Made by a program: the position numbers and the translations under genes. This document shows positions 50,519-60,978 of a DNA stretch of 64,000 bases, in pieces. Location of the stretch: the IMG/VR virus record IMGVR_UViG_3300006217_000023, positions 17,840 to 81,839 of that record, one strand, 5' to 3'. Position 1 is the stretch's first letter. The number at the start of each line of letters is the position of its first letter. Origin of the DNA: a virus. Lineage: Duplodnaviria > Caudoviricetes. The notes under the pieces are model-generated. The model ran no database searches, had not been told where the DNA came from, and worked only from the letters and a program-made list of their open reading frames with translations.

Positions 50519-52084
50519 CTATTCGGTGTCATTTTCATTGTGAGATTCAAATCCACCACTACTATTAAATATTTGACTTTGCATTTTCATGTTTTCTTCT
50601 TTTTCATCCTTTAGTCTTTGTAATTCTTGTTCTACATCATCAATATAAGGATGATTTTCTAATTTTGTTCTTATACTTATAGTTGTATCATTATTTAACG
50701 TTTGTATTTGCTCTGTAGTATTAAATATTCTTGATTTATTAAATGTGAATTTAAAATCAAATACATTTAAATCTTGTGGGATTTCTCCTAATCTTTTCAA
50801 ATGTTCTGCAATAAACCAAAATAACTCATATAAAGCTTCTTCTAATGTATTTATACAATCATCTGCTTTACTATCTAAGTCTGTATATAAGAACTCTAAT
50901 GATATTCCACTTGGTGCTTGTCCTATTAGCTCAGTTCTATTTGTATTTACACCTCTACCAAATTCATATATTTTTTCTTCTAATAGCTTAAGAATAATCT
51001 GTCTAGCCTCGTATGGAAATGGTATTGTTTCAACTCCGATACTTCCTGTTGCATCATTGTTACGAATAATACCCATTATCTTTATTCTTTCAACTAACTC
51101 TGTTAAATCTTCTGCTCCATATCCATTTACTTTATATATAAATTCTTTTAAATCTTCTATTGTATTGATAAAGTTAGAATTTATTAAATCATATGCATCT
51201 ATTAAGTTTTTAATAGGTTCCAGGTCTGTTTGCATTTCTTCATTATTTTTTATGATAATGTATGGAACTTTTCCCCAACTATGTTCTTCCGTTTTTACTA
51301 ACTGTCCATTAAACATTGTTTGTGTAACCCAATGTGGCTCTGGATTTATTCTTGATACATCTAATAAGTATTCTTCCATTTGAGTTACTTCATTTTTATT
51401 TTCAATAAAATATTTTGTGTTTTCTGCTGTTACCCATTCTACATATATTTTCTTTTTTTCATTATCTATAATTTTATATGTATGTAACACATCTGTTAAT
51501 ATTTTTTGTGTTTTCGTATCATATATGGTGATTATTTCTTTCGGTTCTATTCTTGTATATTTAAAATTCCCTTGTTCATCATAATATGGAAACCACACCG
51601 CATAAACTTTATTTGACATATCTACTATTGTCTGTCGTAGAAAATTAGCAAATTTAGGTCCAAGAATATTCCAAAATTTATCAACAATTTTTTTATTTAT
51701 TTTTTGTATTGCTCTTTTTTGTTCTCTATTTAATTCTTTATCAATTATCGGTTCGTATGTAATTGTTATTGGCTTTCCTGCTACAAAATCACGCTTTTGT
51801 TTTACTAATTTCCAATGATACCTATGTGCTACTTTTACTAATGACCTATTTGGAACTTCTATTGTCTTTTCTGTGTATTTTTTAATTCCATTTTCTGTTT
51901 TAAAATCTTTTATCGTATATTCATTTAACTTTTTGTAACAAATGTCGTGTTTCCCATTAAAATATCGTTCTCCAATTTCCATTTGTCTCTTTAATGGACT
52001 TATAGCATCATCTTTTAAAAACTGTTTTATTATTTCACTATCCATATTAGGTAATGAACTTTTTATTATTTCTGTTTGTGTCAT
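50519..52084 (-). CDS. Portal protein B (SPP1 family)
   Basis: Highly similar to 8709-10283. Confidence 0.92.
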   Translation of the reverse strand: MTQTEIIKSSLPNMDSEIIKQFLKDDAISPLKRQMEIGERYFNGKHDICYKKLNEYTIKDFKTENGIKKYTEKTIEVPNRSLVKVAHRYHWKLVKQKRDFVAGKPITITYEPIIDKELNREQKRAIQKINKKIVDKFWNILGPKFANFLRQTIVDMSNKVYAVWFPYYDEQGNFKYTRIEPKEIITIYDTKTQKILTDVLHTYKIIDNEKKKIYVEWVTAENTKYFIENKNEVTQMEEYLLDVSRINPEPHWVTQTMFNGQLVKTEEHSWGKVPYIIIKNNEEMQTDLEPIKNLIDAYDLINSNFINTIEDLKEFIYKVNGYGAEDLTELVERIKIMGIIRNNDATGSIGVETIPFPYEARQIILKLLEEKIYEFGRGVNTNRTELIGQAPSGISLEFLYTDLDSKADDCINTLEEALYELFWFIAEHLKRLGEIPQDLNVFDFKFTFNKSRIFNTTEQIQTLNNDTTISIRTKLENHPYIDDVEQELQRLKDEKEENMKMQSQIFNSSGGFESHNENDTE

Positions 52085-52093
52085 TGTTTCCTC

Positions 52094-53413
52094 CTAACTC
52101 GCTAAATACAAATCATCGCTTCCATAACGCAAGCTATCTATTCTATGGTTATTTTTATCTTCTGGAATTTCTAACGGATTTCCATATTTATCAACTTTCC
52201 ATCTATATAATCCTAATTCTTCAATTAACCCTTTGCATTTAGGGTCTACTATTATTTCATATCCTTGTAACCATTTAATGCCATGTAATATGCTATCAGG
52301 ACCTTTTGTAGCTGGAATTGCATTTATTTTATATTTATTTAGTTCTGCTATAGATTTTGGTTCTGCACTATCACATTTTACTAATGCATATAGTGGCATT
52401 CTTGTTCTTATTGCATTTGCTAATTGTTCATTATCTAATTCACAAGCACTAAATTCATCAAATACATATATTTTTTTACGTTTAGTATTAACACTAAACT
52501 GTAAAAAACAAGAGGGATCTGAACTATATCCAAAGTCCAAACCTCTCCTTATTAATTCAAATGTATTTTTATATTGTTCTGTATCTTCAATTCGCCAATT
52601 TTTGAATATTAATCCTAATGCAATACCAGGCATTCCTAAACCTGCTGTCTTATATCTTTCATAATCATCTTTACGCATTTTTTCATATATAGCATAATCT
52701 TTTATGTCTAAGAACTCATTAAGTTTATAATTAGTTATCATTAATAGCTGACTTGTCTTTTCTTTTACTTGCTTACCTAAGTATTCAAATTCTTGTTCTT
52801 CTTCAATTATTAACTCTTGTTTTCCTGTTTCACTTAGTATCTCTTCATTTGGAGTTAATCTTTGAGTTAGCTTTTTAACAATAAAATGTTGATTACTCCA
52901 AGGATTGAAACTTGCTACAGTTTGTCTGAAATATCCATTAGGTAACAATCCTCTTGAACACATTCTTGTATTATTATATGTTTCTTCTTTTACTATTTCA
53001 AAAGCTTCTTCAAACCATTCAAAGCATAAAACTAAGTTAGGGTCATCAATTGTAATAGAAGCTATCTTTTGCCAATCATCTAAACCGCGAAAGAATATCT
53101 TTTGTCCTGTTTTTTTATTTGTAGCTTCTAGTGGGCTTAATTTAAAATCCCATTCTTTATCTAATCTTAACTTTTTGCAAGCCCACTTCAAATCAGCATA
53201 CACACTATCTTTTAATGTGGTCGCTGTATCTCTTGTAGCTAATAGACAAGCTCTTGGATATTTCTTAAGTAAGTACATCCATCTTAAGGCAATAGTTTTA
53301 GATTTCTTGCTACCTTTTGAACCCATTAGGATTACTTCATCACCTTTAAAATTCCAAAATGTAGCATATCCCTTTCCTATTTGTTCTTGTATACTTATTC
53401 TTTCTTTATTCAT
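52094..53413 (-). CDS. Terminase large subunit B (PBSX family), uninterrupted
   Basis: Same motifs as A; ends YGSDDLYLAS* with a plain GGA. Confidence 0.93.
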   Translation of the reverse strand: MNKERISIQEQIGKGYATFWNFKGDEVILMGSKGSKKSKTIALRWMYLLKKYPRACLLATRDTATTLKDSVYADLKWACKKLRLDKEWDFKLSPLEATNKKTGQKIFFRGLDDWQKIASITIDDPNLVLCFEWFEEAFEIVKEETYNNTRMCSRGLLPNGYFRQTVASFNPWSNQHFIVKKLTQRLTPNEEILSETGKQELIIEEEQEFEYLGKQVKEKTSQLLMITNYKLNEFLDIKDYAIYEKMRKDDYERYKTAGLGMPGIALGLIFKNWRIEDTEQYKNTFELIRRGLDFGYSSDPSCFLQFSVNTKRKKIYVFDEFSACELDNEQLANAIRTRMPLYALVKCDSAEPKSIAELNKYKINAIPATKGPDSILHGIKWLQGYEIIVDPKCKGLIEELGLYRWKVDKYGNPLEIPEDKNNHRIDSLRYGSDDLYLAS

Positions 53414-53747
53414 TTACATCATCTACTAATTCAACTGTATATCCACCAGTTATTTCTGATTTTTCTATTGGCTTATATCCAGCTCTATCTAGCACATCTT
53501 TTATTGCTTGGATTTTTACATTTTCATTTTTACTTTTTAAAAGTTTTCTTAATTCTTGCTGTGCTTCTATAGCTAGTGAACCAAAGTTTTCTTTCATTTG
53601 TCTTTGTATTTCTTCTTTAAATTCTTTATCTTTTTTCCACTTACAAATAGTCTTTTCTGTAATGTTAATTTCCTTTGCTATTTGTTTTTGTGTTTTGTTC
53701 TCTGTAATTATTAAATTTATGCATTTTATTTGACTTTCTGTTAGCAT
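53406..53747 (-). CDS. Terminase small subunit B
   Basis: Paralog of 11610-11951. Confidence 0.8.
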   Translation of the reverse strand: MLTESQIKCINLIITENKTQKQIAKEINITEKTICKWKKDKEFKEEIQRQMKENFGSLAIEAQQELRKLLKSKNENVKIQAIKDVLDRAGYKPIEKSEITGGYTVELVDDVNE

Positions 53748-53797
53748 TGGTTCACCTCCTTAAAATTAACCTTTATTAACCTTTTTTTATGTTTTGA

Positions 53798-54184
53798 TTA
53801 ATGTTCATTAATTACTTCTCCTACAAATTTATCGTCTGCATATAATAATGTTTTTTGATTTTCTGTATATCTTTCTACTATTTCATTTATAAAATCATTA
53901 CTACTTGCTACTAAATCACATATCATCTCTTCATCAAAATCTGCAATATTGCCTAAACCATAGCTCCACATATAACAATGCATTAATTCATGTTTTAATG
54001 TGTTTATTTTTTGCTCTTCACACATATCTTCATTTATAAATATTATGTGATATGATTTGTTTGTTAACCCAAATACAAAAACTATATCTTCATCAGGTTG
54101 TATTTGTTCTTTATATAAATTTATCATTTCTTGTTTTGATTGCTCTATAATTTTCCATTCTGTATTATTTATTTTGAATTTCAT
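53798..54184 (-). CDS. Small zincin-like metallopeptidase (HExxH)
   Basis: KHELMH...EEMICD. Confidence 0.7.
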   Translation of the reverse strand: MKFKINNTEWKIIEQSKQEMINLYKEQIQPDEDIVFVFGLTNKSYHIIFINEDMCEEQKINTLKHELMHCYMWSYGLGNIADFDEEMICDLVASSNDFINEIVERYTENQKTLLYADDKFVGEVINEH

Positions 54185-54787
54185 TTTCTTTTCCTCTTTT
54201 TTCTTTCTTTTCTTTTTCTTCTTTCAACTTCTTATAATACTCTTTCATCTTGTATTCTCTTATTATTTCATCTGCTATTTGACTCATACTTTATACCTCT
54301 TTTGTTAATCTTTCATAATAATCACACTTTGTTTTTATTGTATTATCTGTTTGAAATACTCTTATTTCACATTCATATTTATCTTTGTTTTTACAGTTCT
54401 TGCAATATTCTTGTATGTATTTTTGTATTCGTTCTTGATTTGTCATATGTTTCTCCTTTTCTTATATACACTATGCAATGATATATATACTCCGACCGTA
54501 TTCTTTCTCTTCTTTTAAAACGGTAGAAAACGATAAAAAGCATTCCCGTTTTTCACAAAATTGACTAATTTTTGCATACTTGCTTAATAAAGTAGTCAGC
54601 TTCATTAAGTAGCTCTTTATATATCACTACATACTATACACAAATAATAATAAAGGAGCTGACATTTATAACATCAACTCTTACTTGAAAGTGTTTACAG
54701 TCTCACTTTTGTGGGACTTTTTATTATATCTGATTATATATATAACATATTTTTATAGTGACTTTCAGTAGCTTTTAGTATCTTTTT

Positions 54788-56011
54788 TTAGTTTTTTGCT
54801 TTAAAATTATAAATTGGTTTTATTATTTTTTCTATTTCTACTGTGTCTTTAATATTATCTATAATTTCTTGTATTGGCTTATATACAAATGGAGCTTCAT
54901 CTATTGTTTCTTCTACTATACTTGTTGAATAAACATCTTTCATACTTTCTTTAAACTCTTCCAGTTTAAATATTTCTTTTGCTTTATTTCTTGACATTAT
55001 TCTTCCTGCTCCATGAGGTGCTGAATTGTTCCAATCTTTATTTCCTTTTCCTACTGCTATTATTGAACCATCTCTCATATTAATAGGTATCAATACTCTT
55101 TCTCCTTGTTTAGCTGATATTGCACCTTTTCTTACTATGTTATCCTCAAATGATATATAATTGTGTATTGTTTCAAAACTGTTCTCCATAATCGGTGGGT
55201 ACATATCTGATATATTTGTTAATTCAAAATAAGCAATAATAATTTGTTTTGCTATTTGCAATCTATTTAACCTTGCATATTCTTGACATATTTTCATATC
55301 ATGTAAATACATTTCTCTGTATTTTCCCTCTAAGTAGCATAATTCATTATGTAAATTGGGTTTGTTGTCTTTATATTCTTTCTCTAACTCTTTTAATGCT
55401 TTTTGTATTTCTGTTTTTTTGCCTTGTTCTTTATATGTTTTAATTATTTCTTCTTTCTTTTGATACATTTCTTCTTTTCCCGAACATAATTCTATTGCTA
55501 AATTTTGATAATAATCTGCTACTTGTTTTCCTAGGTTTCTACTTCCTGTATGTATTACTAAATATTTATTATCTTCATCATCTACATCTATTTCAATAAA
55601 ATGGTTTCCGCCTCCTAATGTTCCTATTGCTCTATTGAATTTTTTTGTATCTTTTAACTCTCTTAAACAATATAAATCATTAATCTTTCCAAAGTCTATT
55701 AATTTGTGTTCTCTTATATTTCTTCCTGCTGGTATATATTCATTTATTACTTTATCTAATTTTTCTAAATCTAATTTTATATTTCCTAATTCAACACATA
55801 GCATTCCACAACCTATGTCTACACCTACTATGTTAGGTATAACTTTATCTTCTAAATCTGCTGTAAATCCAATTACACAACCTTTTCCCGCATGAACATC
55901 TGGCATTATTCTTACTTTGCAATTCTTAAAAGGTTCTTGCTCTAATAATTCATTTATTTGTTTTATAGCTTCTTCTTCGATATTCTCTGTAAATATCTTT
56001 AAATCTTTCAT
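54788..56011 (-). CDS. rtcB: RtcB-family RNA ligase
   Basis: MPDVHAGKGCVIG, GVDIGCG, GTLGGGNHFIE, HTGSR, HNY, RKGA, SAPHGAGR, DEAP..YK. Confidence 0.95.
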   Translation of the reverse strand: MKDLKIFTENIEEEAIKQINELLEQEPFKNCKVRIMPDVHAGKGCVIGFTADLEDKVIPNIVGVDIGCGMLCVELGNIKLDLEKLDKVINEYIPAGRNIREHKLIDFGKINDLYCLRELKDTKKFNRAIGTLGGGNHFIEIDVDDEDNKYLVIHTGSRNLGKQVADYYQNLAIELCSGKEEMYQKKEEIIKTYKEQGKKTEIQKALKELEKEYKDNKPNLHNELCYLEGKYREMYLHDMKICQEYARLNRLQIAKQIIIAYFELTNISDMYPPIMENSFETIHNYISFEDNIVRKGAISAKQGERVLIPINMRDGSIIAVGKGNKDWNNSAPHGAGRIMSRNKAKEIFKLEEFKESMKDVYSTSIVEETIDEAPFVYKPIQEIIDNIKDTVEIEKIIKPIYNFKAKN

Positions 56012-56013
56012 AA

Positions 56014-56419
56014 TTATCCTCCTATCTTATCAAATTTATTTAATGCTATTCCATTCATTCTCTTCATATACTCATAACTATAATCCATTTCACTTGCTGT
56101 TGTAACTAACGATTTTCCTTGTATGTACACCTTTTCTAATACTAATTTGTATGGTTGTTCTACTTTATCTAACTGTTCTATTATCTGTTTTTGTTTCTTT
56201 TCTTCTTTTACTATTGCTTTCATTATATCATTTACATCATCTAATAATATTGCTATTTTCTCTGCAATACTATCTTCTACTTCTCTACTTCCGTTTTGGC
56301 ATATCTGATAATACTGATGTTATATTTGTTATACTCGCTTTATATTCTTCTATATGTTCTGTTCTGTCTTTTATCCATTCTTGTGTATATTTGTAATTCT
56401 TTAAATCTTCTCTAGTCAT
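56014..56419 (-). CDS. Late transcription activator B (ArpU/RinA-like); needs a +1 skip at CGGA 56290-56293 (134 aa)
   Basis: MTREDLKNYKY...LSDMPK[CGGA]SREVEDSIAEKI...YKLVLEKVYIQGKSLVTTASEMDYSYEY; 406 nt minus 1 = 135 codons. Confidence 0.8.
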
Positions 56420-56434
56420 ATCTTTTGTGCCTCC

Positions 56435-56827
56435 TTATTTATTTACTATAATTGTTTCTCCTTTATTCTTTTTAGCTCTTTTATAATAAATTGGTGTTTC
56501 TTGCTCTTGATTTAACTTTCTTAATTTATTTATAGCTGTATTAAATGCTGTTTCTATATTTTGTGATGTATTATATAAATCTTTTAATATTTCTAATTCT
56601 CTATACTCATATTTATAATTATGTCTTTCTGCTAAGCATTCAAAATACTTGTCTATATATTCTCTTTTTTCTTTTGCTGACATATTTTTATAATTATTTA
56701 TTAAATCATGATCTAAATCACTTCTTATTTTATCTTGTTCTCCTACGCTTTCATATATTATTTTGTGGCGTTTATTTGCATCTATTAAAATTTTATTTAG
56801 TTCTTCCAGCAACTTTAAAGATTTCAT
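56435..56827 (-). CDS. Hypothetical protein
   Basis: ORF with GGAGG RBS. Confidence 0.65.
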   Translation of the reverse strand: MKSLKLLEELNKILIDANKRHKIIYESVGEQDKIRSDLDHDLINNYKNMSAKEKREYIDKYFECLAERHNYKYEYRELEILKDLYNTSQNIETAFNTAINKLRKLNQEQETPIYYKRAKKNKGETIIVNK

Positions 56828-57006
56828 TTGTGCCTCCTATTCTTTATATTTTCTCTAATTAACTCATCTTTGAAATTATCTAATATGTCATATGCTTTGT
56901 TTACTTGCTCTTGATTATATTTTCTTTTCTCTAAGCTTATAAAGTCTATATTTTCTAATTCTTCCATTGTTTTAATTACTATGTTGTATATATGATTTAT
57001 TGTCAT
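56824..57006 (-). CDS. Hypothetical protein
   Basis: ATGA coupling. Confidence 0.55.
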   Translation of the reverse strand: MTINHIYNIVIKTMEELENIDFISLEKRKYNQEQVNKAYDILDNFKDELIRENIKNRRHK

Positions 57007-57025
57007 TTGTATCAGCTCCGTTTCT

Positions 57026-57409
57026 TTAATTGAATAAGTCTTTTTTTGTTTCTTTTATCTTCTTTATAATTAACGCATTTAATATTTTGAAATTAACTTT
57101 TGGATTTTTAAATTCTTTTATAAAATTCCATGTTTCCTCTTTTATAAACTCACTATATACTCTTCCTAAAAGCATTGGAATATATTGACTTTTCCAACTT
57201 TCTTTTTCATTTACTATCTTTGAATATTCTTTCTCTATGAATGCTTCTGTACAAAATTTATTTACGATTTTTTCTTCAATAAGTTCTGTGGAATTTATTA
57301 TACTTGCTCCCATTGCTTTTGTATGTACTTCTTTAAATTCATTTGCAACTACCTTAGCCCAAGTCTGTCTTCCATATTTATTTGTATAATCATAATTTTT
57401 TATTACAAT
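57026..57409 (-). pseudogene. 5'-truncated remnant of an ATP-dependent (Rnl2-like) RNA ligase
   Basis: Frame opens at IVIKNYDYTNKYGRQTWAKVV (resembles nucleotidyltransferase motifs IV/V) and continues into the track ORF; N-terminal motifs missing. Confidence 0.55.
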
Positions 57410-57470
57410 CTTTTATATTCAGTTTCATAATCTAATCCACAAGTTTCTTTTTTCATCTCATCTGCTTTAC

Positions 57471-57662
57471 TCATTGCTTGTCCTCACTTTCTTTTATATC
57501 TAAATAATCTAAATGCTCTAATATTCTAACTGCTAAATAATCTATTCTATTTATTGCTAATATTCTTAATTGTTTGTTATCTATATACTTTAAGTCATTA
57601 CAAATCTGTATTATTTCATTTGTTTTCTCTATTGATAAATCTTTATAATTTGTTTCGCTCAT
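57471..57662 (-). CDS. Hypothetical protein
   Basis: ORF track; coupled. Confidence 0.55.
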   Translation of the reverse strand: MSETNYKDLSIEKTNEIIQICNDLKYIDNKQLRILAINRIDYLAVRILEHLDYLDIKESEDKQ

Positions 57663-57946
57663 TCCTTGTCCCCTTTCAATATTTTTAAAATTTCTTGTGC
57701 TTCATCTATTTTTCCTAATTTATAATAATTGTTGTAAGCTTTTTCTATTTGCAATGGCATAAATTCAAATTCATTATTTTTCTTTACATCTTTTTCTAAC
57801 TTCTCTATTAGCTTTTGCTTGTTTGCTTCTAATTGTTTTATTAAATTTGAAATTATTACTATGGCTTTATTTTCTGTATCACTTAATCTATTGCATTCTA
57901 TATTGTTTAAAATTAATAATGCTTCTTTCTCTTCTTCACTTAGCAT
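57659..57946 (-). CDS. Hypothetical protein
   Basis: MLSEEEKEA...KLIEKLEK...EILKILKGD. Confidence 0.6.
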   Translation of the reverse strand: MLSEEEKEALLILNNIECNRLSDTENKAIVIISNLIKQLEANKQKLIEKLEKDVKKNNEFEFMPLQIEKAYNNYYKLGKIDEAQEILKILKGDKE

Positions 57947-57973
57947 TCTTTTACTTTCCTTTCAAAATATTGT

Positions 57974-58348
57974 TTAAAACTCCATATAAGTTTTTTCGTT
58001 GTTAATTATCCTTATTATGTCTTTCCAATGTTCTCTTTCTTCTATTATATTTTTATTTTTTTCTTTGTCATCATTAATATAGTCTTTTATATCTTCTGTT
58101 CTAAAATCAACTTCTTGTTGTGCATAATCTTTAATCCATTTTATTATCTTATCTTTCTTTTCTAGTTCTGATTGTTGTTTTTGGATTTTTCTTTCTCTCT
58201 TATTTATCTCATCTAATAAACAATCTAACATAAATCCATATAATAAAGCATTTCTAGGGTTTCCACTTCTTAATGCAACAAATTTTGCTAATGCTTCAAC
58301 CTTTTGCTCATTACTCCACTTTTTTATCTTCTTCTCTTCATCTGTCAT
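57974..58348 (-). CDS. Hypothetical protein
   Basis: ORF with AAGGAG RBS. Confidence 0.6.
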   Translation of the reverse strand: MTDEEKKIKKWSNEQKVEALAKFVALRSGNPRNALLYGFMLDCLLDEINKRERKIQKQQSELEKKDKIIKWIKDYAQQEVDFRTEDIKDYINDDKEKNKNIIEEREHWKDIIRIINNEKTYMEF

Positions 58349-58565
58349 TTTCTTTTCTCCTTTCTCTATAAATTCTCATATATTCTTTGATATACAACTT
58401 CTGACAATTCTTACAATATGCATTATAGTGTCCGTTTTTTGTATGTTTTCTATTTATCATTCTAAATTCTTTTGCTTCTTTATATTTAGTTTTGTATCTT
58501 CTTCTACTCTTTCTTTATTTCTTATTTTTTGTTCTTCTATTTTATAATTCACTTTTTTCACCTCT

Positions 58566-58895
58566 TTATTTAATTATTCTTAACTCCAAATTTGGATATT
58601 TCTTCTCAAATAATTTATGTTTTAACTTAAATACATCCGTCTGCATTCCTTTTACATCTTCTACTATTGTTTTTCCATTTTCTGTATATTTAAAATCTGC
58701 TATGTATTCAATCTTTCTATATGTTTTTCCATTTTTCTTAAAGCTTTCTTGTAGTAAAAATCGTGGTTGCAATTCTAAATCTTGTATTTCTTTTGCTTTT
58801 AATAAAAGTTTTAATTCTTTATATCTGCGACTTTCTTGTATACTATCAAAAACATAATCATCTAATATTACTTTTTTGTTTCTGTATTTATTCAT
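58566..58895 (-). CDS. DUF1064 endonuclease-like protein
   Basis: MNKYRNKK...FDSIQESRRY...LELQPRF...YIADFKY...VEDVKG. Confidence 0.88.
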   Translation of the reverse strand: MNKYRNKKVILDDYVFDSIQESRRYKELKLLLKAKEIQDLELQPRFLLQESFKKNGKTYRKIEYIADFKYTENGKTIVEDVKGMQTDVFKLKHKLFEKKYPNLELRIIK

Positions 58896-58902
58896 CTTCT
58901 GT

Positions 58903-59178
58903 TTACTCCTTTTCTTTTAGTTTGTAAGTTGCTACTCTTCTATTGGTTTCAAAATCATATTTCTTTCCATCTACTTCTATTAAGTGATATTTATCTTTTA
59001 ATTCAGTTAATCTTGGTTGTATGTCTTGTCTTTTCCAGTTTTTATTTATTCTTTTTGCTATTTCACTTGCTGTTAGTATTTCTCCTGTACTTAATATAGC
59101 AAGTGCTTTTGTATATAATATTGGTTTTGCTTCTTCTGTTTTTATATTGCTTTCATACCTTGTTTCATAAGTTATCAT
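58903..59178 (-). CDS. Winged-helix DNA-binding protein
   Basis: LTASEIA...IQPRLTEL. Confidence 0.7.
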   Translation of the reverse strand: MITYETRYESNIKTEEAKPILYTKALAILSTGEILTASEIAKRINKNWKRQDIQPRLTELKDKYHLIEVDGKKYDFETNRRVATYKLKEKE

Positions 59179-59282
59179 TTGTTATCGCTCTCCTTTGTAA
59201 GCTACAATTCCTTGTGCTATCATTTTTAATATTCTTACTTTATTTTTATCGTCAAAGCTCATTAATTGCTTTTTATTTATTT

Positions 59283-59489
59283 CTAGCATATTTTAAATCC
59301 TCCTAAAATTTCTTCTTCTGAAACTTGTTCTTTGCTTCGTATTTGTTCTAATAATTTATTTAATTCTGCTTTAAATTCTTCTATTTTATCTATATATTTA
59401 TTAAATTCATCTGGGTGTGCTTCTACATAATTACAACCATTATAGTAACGATTTAAAAAATAATTATATTTCATCTTTTCTTCTACCAT
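59283..59489 (-). CDS. Hypothetical protein
   Basis: ORF track. Confidence 0.55.
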   Translation of the reverse strand: MVEEKMKYNYFLNRYYNGCNYVEAHPDEFNKYIDKIEEFKAELNKLLEQIRSKEQVSEEEILGGFKIC

Positions 59490-60427
59490 GGCAATTCTTC
59501 TTTCTTAAATTTTTGTCTATCTATTTCTTCTTGTAACATCTTGTCACTTTCTATGTATGTTTTTATTTCTTTCAAATATTTTAATCCTATCAGCCCACAT
59601 CTTTCTCCTTTTGTTTTTAATACTTCTAATACTGTGTCTACATTTTCTATATTATATTTTTCGTTTAACAATTCTTTTTGCAATCTCTCATAATCTTTGC
59701 TATCTTTTTGTATTGTATCTACTCTTAATATTGAAATTATGTTATATGCTTTATTTACTATATTTGAGCTTCCTGCTACATCATATAAACTTAGCCTTGT
59801 CTGAAATCTTTCTGTTTTTCTTGGATGTGCTACTAAATGTATATGTACTTTTTTATTAATTGCAAATGTTCTTAATTTTTCCATAATTCGTGTTTGCTCT
59901 TGAAATACATTATCAACTGACATATCTATTTGCATAAAATTATCTAAGAAAAATACTTTTATTTTCTCTCTTTCTCTTATTTCTTGCATTGCTTTTAACA
60001 ATGTATCTATATCTCTTTTTGCTTCATTGTTATATATAAAAATTTTATTTCCATATATTTTTTCAAGTAGCACTGCCTTTTCTGGTTTTACAAAAGTGTC
60101 ATAAACACAACTATTTTTAAATTGTTTATGTATTAAATCTTTAGTTTGTGATGATTGAATATATAAATTATTCTTAAAATCTTCTTTTGTTTGTTCCCCA
60201 TTAAAGAAAAATATTCTTTCTCCTTGTTGTATTATATTTTTTGCTAACATTGTCATCACTGTTGTTTTTCCCGCATTTGTAAAACCTGTCCAAATTGTAA
60301 TACAACCCATTTCAAATCCTTTTGTGTTATAGTCTAACTCTCTTATTCCTGATAGTACTCTACTTTTTGTTGTATCCATATATCTATAGTCATCTAATCT
60401 ATAAAATAATTGCTTTTCATCTGCCAT
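59483..60427 (-). CDS. DnaB/RecA-like replicative helicase domain protein
   Basis: TGFTNAGKT, FLDNFM, HIHLVAHPRK, AGSSNI. Confidence 0.85.
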   Translation of the reverse strand: MADEKQLFYRLDDYRYMDTTKSRVLSGIRELDYNTKGFEMGCITIWTGFTNAGKTTVMTMLAKNIIQQGERIFFFNGEQTKEDFKNNLYIQSSQTKDLIHKQFKNSCVYDTFVKPEKAVLLEKIYGNKIFIYNNEAKRDIDTLLKAMQEIREREKIKVFFLDNFMQIDMSVDNVFQEQTRIMEKLRTFAINKKVHIHLVAHPRKTERFQTRLSLYDVAGSSNIVNKAYNIISILRVDTIQKDSKDYERLQKELLNEKYNIENVDTVLEVLKTKGERCGLIGLKYLKEIKTYIESDKMLQEEIDRQKFKKEELPW

Positions 60428-60429
60428 TT

Positions 60430-60978
60430 TTATTCTCCTTTGTATAGTTTTTCTTTATCTTTAGTACTTAACATTATTTCAAATTCTATTTCTAATTTAG
60501 TTTGCTTATCATATAAAATTTTTAATACTTCAAAATAACTTGTTTTCTCAAATATTTTTATTAACATTTCTACTTCTCGTATTTCATCACATATGCTTTG
60601 CATTTTACTATTAAACCAATTATCAATTTCTATTTTCCTTTTTCTTTCTTGTTCTCTTTTTTGCTTTAATTGTTTAATACTTTCTTTATCTTGTTTTTCA
60701 TCTAAAAGTGATAATCCAAAATCATTACATAGTATTTTTAATGCATTATAATTATCTGTGTTGAAATATTTTGCTACAAAACTTATAATGTCATAATGCT
60801 CACTGCTTCCAAAATCATGTATTCCTTTTTCTGATACATAAAAACTAGCTGTTTTTTCTTTTCTGAATGGACTTTTATACCACATTCCTGCATATGTTCT
60901 TTTTTGTGGATTTCCTAAATAATGCTGTATAACTTCTTCCCCTTTTAAAAGGTTTTTTATTTCTGCAAATTTATTCAT
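60430..60978 (-). CDS. Primase zinc-finger-like protein
   Basis: YKSPFRKEKTASF...HDFGSSEHYDIISF; RBS before ATG 60978. Confidence 0.75.
   Translation of the reverse strand: MNKFAEIKNLLKGEEVIQHYLGNPQKRTYAGMWYKSPFRKEKTASFYVSEKGIHDFGSSEHYDIISFVAKYFNTDNYNALKILCNDFGLSLLDEKQDKESIKQLKQKREQERKRKIEIDNWFNSKMQSICDEIREVEMLIKIFEKTSYFEVLKILYDKQTKLEIEFEIMLSTKDKEKLYKGE

Noticed and set aside
54481-54560. CGG-containing stretch as another recoded gene
   Set aside because: No convincing RBS, start or protein motif; treated as non-coding leader and not counted among the 13 sites
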